Assembly (NCBI GenBank): GCA_028281965.1 | Contig: JANQIY010000398.1 | Location: 1-51,040 of the forward strand | Origin: Candidatus Gastranaerophilales bacterium | GTDB lineage: Bacteria; Cyanobacteriota; Vampirovibrionia; Gastranaerophilales; UBA9971 | DNA length: 51,040 nt | Direction: 5' to 3' | Part shown: piece after piece, positions 38,277-50,800 of the stretch | Layout: every line of letters starts with the position of its first letter | Position numbering within the stretch: position 1 is the stretch's first letter | Notes under the pieces: model-generated | Told to the model about the DNA's origin: nothing | The model's database searches: none | Seen by the model: the letters and a program-made list of their open reading frames with translations, nothing else | Translations under genes and position numbers: made by a program

Positions 38277-38805
38277 AAAAGCGGTCTTATATGCAAGGGT
38301 TTCAAGTGTAGAACAGGGCAAATATATTTATTACCATTGCACAGGAGGCAAAGGCAAATGCTTACAAAAAAGCCAGTACATAAGGCAGGAAGAACTTGAA
38401 AAACAATTTGATGAAGCCGTCAGGAAAATTTCTGTTTCTGACAACCATAAAGACTGGATTATTGATGCATTAAAACTCAGTCTTGCCGATGAAAAAGCCT
38501 ATAACGAGGAAAGGATAAATTCTCTTGAGGTTCAGGCCAAGAAATTAAGAGACCGGATAGAAAAACTATACATAGGCAAGCTGGATGACAAAATAACAGA
38601 GGATTTCTGGCTTGAAAAAGATACACAATGGAATAAAGAGCTTTCAACAATCAGGACAATTTTAGAAGCTCACGAAAAAGCAGGAATGAATTACCTGAAA
38701 GAAGGTATTAAAATTTTAGAACTCTGTAATAAGGCTTATAGTCTATATTCTAACGAAAATGCCGAATGTAAATTGACATTTGGTTTGACACAAAATATCA
38801 CTTAA
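38269..38805 (+). pseudogene. Serine recombinase remnant with an internal deletion
   Basis: The catalytic N-terminus AVLYARVSSVEQ is joined directly (about nt 38316/38317) to the zinc-ribbon and coiled-coil C-terminus YIYYHCTGGKGKC...LEKQF. The rest of the catalytic and recombinase domains is missing. Confidence 0.6.
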
Positions 38806-38813
38806 TTTGAGAT

Positions 38814-38839
38814 AAAAAGCCCGGAACTCCGGGCTTTTT
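38814..38839. terminator. Bidirectional intrinsic terminator between the recombinase remnant and the giant gene
   Basis: AAAAAGCCCGG-aact-CCGGGCTTTTT. Confidence 0.75.
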
Positions 38840-38860
38840 AAAAATAATAGCTCTACTTGA

Positions 38861-41800
38861 TTAGCTATGCCACGCACCTGTAACAATATTCATCAATTCA
38901 GTGTTATTTTTAACATCCTCAACACTATTTAATGCGATGCTATTAGCATCAGCATAGGCTGTAATATCCTGGACAATCTGATTTACATCAGCATCCGTTA
39001 GGTATTCACCTGTACTCAATTCAAATCTTTCGATTGTATAACTATTTTGATCTTGAACAGTTATCTGAGAATCGCTAACAATAACATCGTAATCAATGAC
39101 TAGTTTATCTGATGCATCAATGAAGATAGCTATATCAGATTTAACAACACCAGATTCAAAGCTTATCGTATCTATTCCACCACTATCCCAAATAGTATCC
39201 AGATCATCTCCGATATTGAATATATATCTATCATTAACCCCTTCACCATATAAAGTATCATTTCCTGGGCCACCGTTAAATAAGTCATTACCTCCCCAGC
39301 CATAAAGTATATCATTACCATCATTACCTATTAATGTGTCATTACCCCAGCTTCCTTCTATATTGTTATCTAGGCTATTACCTGTCCCAGTATATCCCCC
39401 ATATGATATTAATAGGCTTAAATTTTCAACATTATCCGGTAAAGTATAAGAAATTTCTGAGTTAATTGTGTCTTTACCTTCTCCAACATTTTCAATAACA
39501 ACATCTGCTGAATTATCAACATAGTAGATGTCATCATTAATATTTCCTGTCATGGAATCAATCCCAAGACCTCCATTGATCATATATTTATAAGAATTAT
39601 CTGTTGCAATTAGCTCGTCATTATTATTTGTGCCATTAATCATATATGTATCAACTGAAGATTCTAGCTCCGATGGGTTGTATGTTATTCCATTATGAAA
39701 TTCAACAATTTCGATTTTATTATCATTAGATACAAACCAATCTTTTACAGTTACTAAGTCCCCAATAATTAAATCACTAATAATTATTATGTCAGAATTA
39801 TTTCTGGCAAATCTTACATAATTATCATCATGGCGAACATATTCAAGTATTACTTTATCATTACCTGCAGAATCTAAGATTATTCTATTTCCACGACTAG
39901 AAGAATCAATGAATATTTCATCATCCCCAAATCCAGTATTAATAATAGAATTTTCTCCTTCATCAATTACGTAATCATTTCCATCCCCAGTATCTATTAC
40001 AACATCTCCATCCCAAGTGCCATCATTATATACGTAATCATTTCCTCCTTCAGTATTTATAACAACTTTGCAACCACTATCATTATATATATAATCATCT
40101 CCGTCTCCAGAATATATAACTGCGTAGTGATTTCTGTAGTTCATTGTTATTGAATCATGTCCAAGACCACCATATATTGTGTCCGCACCACCAGTAGTAG
40201 CATCAATCGTATCATTACCCTCTAATCCAGCAATTACCTCATCGGCAGAAGTACCAACGATGCTATCGTCGCCAGAAGTACCTACTATATCTGCAATAAT
40301 ATCAGGATTAACCGTCATATCAATAGTTTGAGTAACCGTACCGCCGTTACCGTCGCTGATAGTATAATCAAAGCTGTCTGCCCCTTCATAGTCAGTGTTT
40401 GGTGTATAGACTAACCTATCCTGGGCATCTAATGAGACTGTACCGTTTGTACCTTGGGTGTATGAATCTATTACCAGCGTGTCATTATCTACGTCTGATG
40501 CTCCGGCTAATACGTCTATTGCGATTGTGCTGTTTTTATCCACACTTCCATAACTAATGGTGGCAACTGGATTATCGTTAACTGAATTTACTGTCACTGT
40601 TATTGTTTTGGTATCAAAACCACCATTGCCATCACTGATAGTATAGTCAAAAGAGTCTGTTCCATTGTATTCAGCGTTTGGAGTGTAAACTAATTTGTCG
40701 TTAACATTAGCTACGCCACCGTAATTACCTTGCGTGAAGGAGTCAATAAATAATGCGTCCTCGTCCACATCACTTGCCCCTGCTAAGACATCAACCTCAA
40801 CAGAGCCATCCTCGTCTACAGTTGCTGCCTCTATAGTTGCTGTTGGCGGTGTGTTATCGCTATTTATTAAAGCTTCAACTTCAGCAGCAGAAAGACTTGT
40901 ACTATCAAAGAATTCTATCGTCTCTATTTTATTATCACTTGATATGAACCAGTCTTTTACTGTTAGTGTATTAGCCTGATCAATGGTTGATATCACAAGA
41001 TCATTGATATTTTGAGAAAATTCAAGCTGAGCCTGGGTAATGTTATTGCCAAATGCAACCTTGTCAATTCCAGCAGTATCAATTATTTCATCAGTTCCCC
41101 AGTTTTCATTGACGAGATAGGTGTCATTACCAGCATCACCTGTAAGAATATTGTTTCCAGAGTTACCTGCGATAATATTGTCAAGGTTATTACCTGTAGC
41201 ATTAATATTATTAGAACCTGTTAATTCTAGATTTTCAACATTAGCACTTAATGTGTATGATACGCTGGATTGTACTGAATCAGTACCTTCATCTGCGTTT
41301 TCAGTTATTGAATCTCCAGCATTATCGATAATATATGTATCATCACCAAGTTTTCCTTTTAATGTATCAGCACCGGCAGCACCATCAAGGATATTGTTGC
41401 TGTTATTCCCTGTAATAGTATTATTTTTAGTATTACCTGTACCGTTTATATTATTAGAACCAAGTAATACCAGCTTTTCCAGGTTATCACCAAGAATATA
41501 GTCAATGCCTGATTTTACTTTGTCTGATCCTTCACCAGCATTTTCTATAACAACATCACCTGATTGCCATACAGTATATACATCGTTACCGATGCCACCA
41601 ATCATAGTATCAGCGCCACCTTTACCGTTTATTTTATCATTACCCTCTAAGCCCATAATTACTTCATCTGCGGATGTCCCATTTAAGGTGTCGTTCCCTG
41701 ATGTTCCTAATATATCCGCAGTTAGTCCGGAATTAATAGTCATATTAACAGTTTGAGTTACAAATCCGCCATTTCCATCTGAAATTGTATAATCAAATGA

Positions 41801-44800
41801 GTCGCTTCCGCTGTAATCGGTGTTTGGAGTATATACCAGTCTATCTTGAGCGTCTAATGCTACAGTTCCATTTGCCCCCTGGGTAAATGAATCAATGGAT
41901 AATGTATCATTATCAACGTCACTGGCTCCTGCTAATACATCTATTTCCACTGAACTATTTTCATCAACTTCTCCAGAAGTGATTGTAGCTACAGGAGCGT
42001 CGTTAATTGAATTTACGGTCACTGTTATTGTTTTGGTATCAAAACCGCCGTTACCATCACTGATAGTATAGTCAAAAGAGTCTGTATCATTGAAATTAGC
42101 GTTTGGAGTGTATACTAATTTATTGTCTACATTAGCGACAGTTCCATCAGTTCCCTGCGTAAAGGAATCAATAGTAAGAGTATCAAGATCAATATCACTT
42201 GATCCTGATAATACATCGATTTCAACAGAGTTATCTTCATCAGTTATGGCTGATTCTATTGTAGCTACAGGAAGATCATTTATATTATTTACAGTAGCAT
42301 CGACTGTATTTACAACAGTTCCTCCATTTCCATCAGAAACAGTGTATGTAATCGTATCCGCTCCGTTAAAGTTAGCGTTAGGTGTGTAAGTAAGTTCCTG
42401 GCCATTTATTGAAACAGATCCGTTATTAGCACTGGCTCCCGGCTCGATTGTTAACATATCCCCGTCAATATCATCAACAAAATTTGTTATTCCATCACTT
42501 ATTGCATTAAATGTTACAGAACCGTCCTCGTCTACACTTGTTGACATTGCAGTTGCAGTTGGGGCGTCATTTATAGAATTTACTGTCACAGCTACAGTAT
42601 TTTCTACAATTCCTCCGTTGCCGTCAGAAATGGAATATGTAATGGTATCCACGCCATTAAAGTCGGCATTTGGTATGTAGACAAGGTTGTTGCCATCTAT
42701 TGACACACTTCCATTATTTGCTGTTGGGTTTGGCTCAATATTTAATGTATCGCCTTCTATATCATCGACAAAGTCCTGATGGAGTGCATTGCTTATGGTT
42801 ATAGAACCATCTTCATCTAAGGATGCTGTTAGCGGGGTTGCTGTAGGTGCATCATTGACAGAGTTAACTGTTAAAGTAATTGTCTTTGTATCAAAACCTC
42901 CATTGCCATCGCTAATTGTATAATCGAAGCTATCGGCGCCATTAAAATCAGCACCTGGAGTGTATACTAATTTACCATCAACTTCTGTAACTGCCCCATT
43001 AGTTCCCTGCGTAAAAGAGTCTATGGTTAGAGTATCGTTATCCACATCAGAAGAAGCGGCGATAACATCTACGGTTATGGAATTATCTTCATCTGTAATC
43101 ACAGAGTCAATTGTTGCAACAGGAGCATCGTTTATAGCATTAACCGTTACAGTTATGGTCTTTGTATCAAACCCGCCATTTCCATCTGAAACAGTGTAAT
43201 CAAAGCTATCTGTACCATTAAAATCTGCATTAGGAGTGTATACAAGCTTTTCATCAATATTGGCAACTGTTCCATTTGCCCCCTGGGTAAAAGAATCAAT
43301 ACTCAATGAGTCATTATCTATATCACTTGAGGCGGTCAATACATCTACCTCAACAGAACCGTCTTCATCAACTGAAGCTGATTCGATCGTTGCAACTGGT
43401 GCGTCGTTTACAGAGGTAATAGTTACATTCACTGTTTTTGTTACTGTTCCGCCGTTCCCATCGCTAATGGTATAGTCAAATGAATCAGTGCCATTATAGT
43501 TGGCATCAGGAGTGTAAATAAGCCTATCCTGAGCGTCCTGTGACACTATACCATTTGCGCCCTGCGTAAACGAATCAATGATTAATGTATCATTATCCGC
43601 ATCAGAAGAGCTTGAAAGTACGTCCAGAGTTATGTTTTCATCCTCATTCACAGCACCTGACTCAAGCGTCGCAGTTGGAGCATCATTAACTGCATTAATT
43701 GTAAGGTTAACTGTCTTGGTTACAAAACCTCCTGCTCCGTCTGAAATTGTATAATCAAAATTATCAGAACCGTTGTAATTTGAATTTGGAGTGTATACCA
43801 ATCTATCCTGAGCATCCTGGGATACAGAACCGTTTGTTCCCTGGGTGAAGGAATCGATGATTAATGTATCATCATCTAAATCCTGAGCGCTAGCTAAAAC
43901 ATCTAATACAACACTTTCATCTTCATTTGTTACTCCTGAATCAAGCGTTGCTGTCGGATCATTATTAATTCCATTAACTGTCATAGTGATTGTCTGGGTT
44001 ACAGTTCCACCATTGCCATCAGAAATTGTATAATCAAAATTATCCGTGCCTTCATAGCCAGCATTAGGTGTATAAACCAGTTTGTCATCAATATTTTCTA
44101 CAGTTCCATTGGTTCCTTGAGTAAATGAATCAATACTCAGTGTGTCGTTATCAACATCACTTGCTCCAGATAGCACATCTATTGTTACAGAGCTGTTTTC
44201 CTCAACCGTTTCTGAAGCGATAGTTACAATTGGGTCGTCATTAACTGAATTTATCGTTATATTTACTGTGTTATTAACTGTACCTCCGTTACCATCTGAA
44301 ATAGAGTATGAAATTGTATCCGTACCGTTAAAGTCAGCATCCGGCGTATAGGTTAAATTATTACCATCTACCGACACACTTCCATTTAATGCGCTGGCTC
44401 CTGGTTGTACTGTTAAGTTGTCACCATCAACGTCTTGGGCACTTGAGATTCCATCTATTGTTATTTGGCCATCTTCATCCATTGTTTCTGATATTACTGT
44501 TGCAACAGGGTTATCATTTATTGAATTAACTGTTACCGTAATTGTTTTTGTATCAAACCCGCCATTGCCGTCACTAATGGTATAGTCAAACGTATCTGTT
44601 CCGTTATAATTAGCATTCGGTGTATAAACAAGGTTATTATCAACATCCTGAGAGACAATTCCATTCATACCTTGAGTGAATGAATCAATAGCCAGCGTAT
44701 CATTGTCAACATCAGAAGAAGCTGCGATGACATCTACGGTTACGGAATTATCCTCATCAACTGTTGCTGTTTCAATTGTGGCAACTGGTGTGTCGTTTAT

Positions 44801-47800
44801 TGAATTTACTGTTACTGTAATTGTTTTAGTATCAGTACCTCCATTACCATCACTTATAGTATAGTCAAACGTATCAGTTCCATTAAAGTTTGCGTTTGGA
44901 GTGTATACAATTTTATCGTCTACATTAGCGACTGTTCCGTTAGTTCCCTGAGTAAATGAGTCTATAGACAGAGTTTGGTTGTCAATGTCAGAAGCGCCTG
45001 CAATTACATCAATTTCAACAGATCCATCTTCATCTACGTTACCTGAGGTAATGGTAGCAACAGGATTATCGTTGATAGAATTTACTGTTACATCAACAGT
45101 TTTTGTATTAAAACCTCCATTGCCATCGCTAATTGTGTAATCGAAGCTGTCTGTGCCATTAAAATCAGCACCTGGAGTGTATACTAATTTACCATCAACT
45201 TCTGTAACTGCCCCATTAGTTCCTTGGCTAAATGAGTCTATGGTTAGAGTATCGTTATCCACATCGGAAGAAGCGGCGATAACATCTATCTCTACAGAAT
45301 TATCCTCATCAACTGTTGCTGTTTCAATTGTAGCAACTGGTGCGTCGTTTATTGAATTTATAGTTACAGTAATAGTTTTAGTATCAGTACCGCCATTACC
45401 ATCAGAAATAGTATAGTCAAACGTATCAGTTCCATTAAAGTTTGCGATAGGCACGTAAATTAATTTATTATTAGTCCCTAATGACACACTGCCATTAGCT
45501 CCCTGAGTAAAGGACTCCACTAATAATGTATCGTTATCAGCGTCAGTAGCGCTTGTTAATACATCTATTTCAACTGAACCATCTTCATCTAATACTGCAG
45601 TATCAACTGTTGCTAAAGGATTATAGTTGGTTGCAAGAGTTTCTATGTCTGTAGAATTTAATGTGCCATCTATAAATTCAAGATTTTCTACTCTATTATC
45701 AACTGATAAGAACCAGTTTTGTAAAGTAATTATATCAGTTGATCCTGATTTAGAGAGAATTATATTATCCCCATCCCTGGATATTTGGATGTCAGCTATT
45801 GAAATATCATTGCCAAATTGGATTTTATCATTACCAGAAGAGTCTATAACTAAATCACTTCCCCAGTTACCACTAAAGAAGTATGTATCGTCTCCAGATT
45901 GTCCGTCAAGGATGTTGTTGCCAGCATTACCAGTAATTGTATTATCTTGTGCATTACCTGTAGCATTAAGATCACCAGCATCTGTGAGTTCAATATTTTC
46001 AACATTATTACCTAAAGCCCAGCTAATATTTGATCTAACTGTATCAATTCCTTCATTAGCCCTTTCATTTACTACATCATTAACATTATCAACATAATAA
46101 ACATCATCGCCTTCCTGGCCTGACATCTCATCAGCACCGAGAGAACCATCTATTATATTGCTTCCGCTGTTTCCAGAAATGATATTATCCAGGTCATTAC
46201 CTGTAGCATCAATATTTTCACTGCCAATAAGTTTTAGTTCCTCAACATTATCACTTAAAACGTGAGTAATATTGGCAAATACTTTATCGTTATCTCCTTC
46301 TCCTGTATTTTCAATAACCACATCATTAAAGCTATTAACTACGTAAGTATCGTTACCAGCACCGCCTTGCATAGTATCAGCACCGGCACCACCATCAAGA
46401 TAATCGTCACCAAGCCTGCCTATCAGAGAATCATCTCCTAATCCTCCATATAACTTATCATTATCGGTTTCTCCAGTTTCTAAAGTTTGTTTTGGGTCAG
46501 TATCAGAAGTAAATCCGGTAATTGTATCATCACCTTCACCACCATATAGAACGTCATCTCCTACTTCACCAAGTAAGTTATCATTACCTGCCTCGCCATA
46601 AAGGAAGTCATCTCCTTCATTACCGTGAAGTTCATCATTTTCAGTTCCGCCAAAGACTGTATCATTACCAAATCCGCCAATTAATAGGTCTTCTCCAGCA
46701 TTACCTGATAAAATATCGTCGTCTGTTTCATTTATCTCAAGAGTTGTTTTTGTGGCTCCCGGTTCGGTAAATCCATAAAGAGTATCATTGCCCTCTCCAC
46801 CTGATACAAAGTCGTCTCCTACGCTACCTACTACAAGATCATTTCCAGCTTCACCGTATATAGTATCATTATCGGTTTCTCCTGTTTCAAGAGTTTGTTT
46901 AGAATCTGCATCTTCAGTGAATCCTGATATAATATCATCTCCGATACCGCCAGCTATAAGGTCATCACCTACATCCCCCCATAAGCCGTCATTTCCTGCT
47001 TCACCATATAATTCATCATTACCAGCGCCGCCCTTTAATATATCAGTATCAGCTCCGCCTAAAAGGGTATCATTGCCATTTTCTCCGTGTAAGGAATCTA
47101 AGCCTTCTTCACCATATAAAATATCTTCCCCTTCACCGGCAAGCAATTCATCATTTCCAATTCCTGCAATGAGAGTGTCATTTCCAAGCTTGCCAACCAA
47201 TACATCATTTCCAGCTCCACCAAGTAATATGTCATTGTCTGATTCACCAGCTTGCAGCACCGGATTATCATCAGTATACCCTACTAAACCACTGATGTGA
47301 TCATTTCCGTCTCCGCCAACCACAGTATCTTCACCAACTAATCCAAACAGGGTATCGTCGTCCTGTTCTCCATTTATATAGTCATTTCCGTTGCCAAGCT
47401 CAATCCAATCAAATCCTGTGCCCCCATATACTGTATTATCACCTAAATAACTGTATATAGTGTCATTGCCGCTTTCACCGTCAATATAATCATTTCCTGA
47501 GCCTACAGGAGCTTCTCCTGCGCCGAAATCCAGAGCAGAATAATAGTTAATCAAGTCATCTCCAGCACCGCCGAATGCATAATCTCCTGGTCCATCTGCA
47601 GTATGAATATTGTCATTATCCATATCTCCATCAAGATAATTACTGCCAGAAACTCCATAAAGTTCATCTAATCCTTGGCCTCCGTGTAGGTAATCACTAC
47701 CATCCCAGCCAAGCAGCTGATCGTTTCCAGTTTGTCCAAATAAAACATCATTACCTATATATCCGTTTATGCTATCGTTTCCAGCTCCAAGTTCTGCATA

Positions 47801-50800
47801 ATCATCTGAGTACTCAGGATGGTCTAAGTATCCACTTTGAACATCATCCGGGTTTTGGAATACCCACTCTAACCGGTTAGTTGAGGTAATATCTCCATAC
47901 AGGTCTGATGATTTTACGAGTTTTTCAGGCTCAGTAACTGTAGGAACTTCATAAGATGTAGAGCTACTTATTTCATCGTTATTAACCTGTGCCAACTCAT
48001 TCACATTAAAGTATTTACCATTACCTGAGGTATGTACATCAGCGTTTTCAGTTCTAATAAAATTTATTCCAGCCTCTGTAAGGGTTTTAATTTCCCCAAC
48101 ATCTCCTATTCCATCCTCATTAGCATCCTGCCATACCTCTAAGTTGCCAAATGCAGCATCGTTTGCATCTATAACTCCATCTGAATTAGTATCAAGAGCT
48201 TCAAGTTCAGACTCTGATACAGCAGAACCGTTTAACACAATACTTATTTTTTCCTGGAATAACCCTGAATCTACCGCATTTACTTCTTCATGTATTTGTT
48301 CAATATTTAATGATTCACTAGTGCTTTCAAAGTAAAATTCTTCAATTTTGTTATTCTCATATTTAAACCAGTTAGTAATTGTTAGGGAATCTGAAGTCAC
48401 GGTATTTGTAACTACGAGGTCATAACTGTTAATACCAAATTCAAGATCGGATTTGTTGACATCCGCAGCAAAAACCACCCTGTCAGTCCCATTAAAGTCA
48501 ATAATTACATCCTGACCATCACCTGAGCTTATTCTATATTCATCATTTCCAGAGGAGTCTTTAAGGAAATCATTTCCTGTTCCGCCTATAAGAGTATCGT
48601 TTCCTTCTTCACCAAAGAATTCATCATTTCCTTCATTACCTTCAAGCAGGTTATTTCCTGTATTACCAATAATAACGTTATTTAATTCGTTACCAGTACC
48701 ATTAATAGCAGCAGAACTAGAAAGTTCAAGATTCTCAATATTTTTACCAAGTGTATGTGTAATTGAAGATTCTACTGTATCTATTCCCGCATTTTCGTCT
48801 TCTACAGTAAGATCATCTATATTATCAACTATATATCTGTCATTTCCGTCTTTTCCGATTAATATATCAGCTCCTTGTGCCCCATCAAGTACGTTATTCC
48901 CTTCGTTTCCTACGAGCTTATTATCAAGAGCGTTTCCTATTGCATCTATATCTGGATTCCATAGCTTTATAGGGTCAACTGTAATGAATGAATAAGCATT
49001 AATAACGTTAGCAGCTGCTTCAAATTCAGCAATACTAATGTATCTTGTCATATCAGACACTTTTTGCCTGCCGGAATCGCAAATATAGAAGCCTACAATT
49101 TCTGTATCATCTGAATTATACACAACACCGCTGATTGTAATAACGTGATTAACTTCGCCATTACCAAGAGAATCTAGGTCATTCCATAGTTCTCCACCAT
49201 TAACACCCATAACTACACCATGGCCTGCTTTGATTTTTTCTGCTATTAACTCGGCGTCATAACCTAATAAAGTAGTTGTTTGAAGTCCAAACCCTTCAAG
49301 GATGGCTATTTGCTCCTGCATATTAGTTCCACCCCTGAGGTTAGGGTCATCACTTTCAGTTGTTGTTACAGTTAAATCATTTTGAATCGCGTAATTAAGG
49401 ACTTCTTCTTCTGTTATATTCTCGCCCTTTTGTACAAAAAGATTTGATATTGACGTTAAAGCACATGTGCCCTTGTATTCAGGATTTTTATCCCCCTGCA
49501 TATAGTCAAGTTCGTACTGTTTTGGATAACCGTAAACAAGCACATTATTACCGTCTATAATACCTTTTTCAGGCGTGCTAAAACTTAAAAGTGATATATT
49601 CTCGATGTTGTCACCAATAGTGTATGAAGTGCTTGTTTGAACAGTATCAGTACCTTCATTGACTTTTTCTGTAACAACATCATTAGCATTGTCTACATAA
49701 TAAACATCATCTCCAGCCTGACCGACCATAGTATCAGCACCTGTAACACCATCGAGAATATTATCGCCGGAGTTTCCTGTTATCTTGTTGTCCAGTTTGT
49801 TTCCTGTTCCATGAATATCTTCTTCGCCAATGAGCTTAAGTTCTTCTACATCTGAACCAATTAAATAATTTACAGCGGAATATACCTTGTCATAACCTTC
49901 ATTCTGATGTTCAAGAATATTATCATTTGCGCTATTTACAATATAAATATCGTTGCCGTCACCGCCCTCCATCTGGTCAGCGCCTGCTCCACCGTCAATG
50001 TAGTCATCCCCTTCCCTGGCAAGGATAGTATCGTTTCCGACTCCGCCATATAGCTTATCATCGTCGGTTTCGCCTGGCAAGAGTTCCTGGGTAGCAGGGA
50101 TAGTTTCCCCTGTTTCCGAAATAGTCCAAATATCAGGATTCATACCTACTATCAGGTCATCACCTTCTCCACCGTATACAGTATCATTGCCAATACCTGC
50201 TATAAGACTATCGTTACCAGCTTCTCCATATATTTTATCATCACTGTCCTGGTATGGGTCGACTATTTCATCATTTCCTGCTCCACCGTAAATTTCATTA
50301 TTTTTGTCATTTCCTGTAATATGGTCATCTCCTGCACCTGCTATATATGTAGTAGGGTAAAACTCTTCATAGTAGTTAGGATCACTATTACTTATGTAAT
50401 AAAATGGGCTCATATTATCATCATTACCGTGAGTTCCCACCATTATAGTTCCGTTTGAGAATGGTTTTATTTCATTAGCATTCCATTCCCAAATTAAAGT
50501 ATATGGTCCACTTTCTCTGGAAATAGTGTAGCCTTGATTTATATACCAGTCGTGGTCAACTGAGCTTGACAGTGAGGCCGCATTGCCTGCTGTGTAAAGG
50601 TCAGCATCTTCTGTGTTAATAGCGATTATTCCCGCATCTGACAGTGATTTTATTTCTCCTGCATCTTGAACTCCGTCCTCATTTATGTCCTGCCAAATTT
50701 GCAAATTATCAAATCCAACATCATCAGCAGCATTGATAATACCGTCATCATTTCCATTTTCATCCATATTAATTAATTCTGTTTTTGAGATTAATAGTTC

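Noticed and set aside
34038-45622. Possibility that the 12-nt tandem repeat or the ~280-nt periodic repeats represent a CRISPR array
   Set aside because: There is no repeat-spacer alternation. The 12-nt units are contiguous, the ~280-nt units are coding Ig-like domains in one long ORF, and no cas genes are present.
39096-49855. About 25 plus-strand ORFs of 62-170 aa from the ORF track inside the giant gene, for example 46788-47300, 45627-46097 and 41121-41501
   Set aside because: They are antisense to a continuous 12-kb ORF with strong repeat and motif structure. They translate to Ser/Pro/Leu-rich low-complexity strings, and several are copies of each other because they mirror the tandem repeats. 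These are mirror-frame artefacts.
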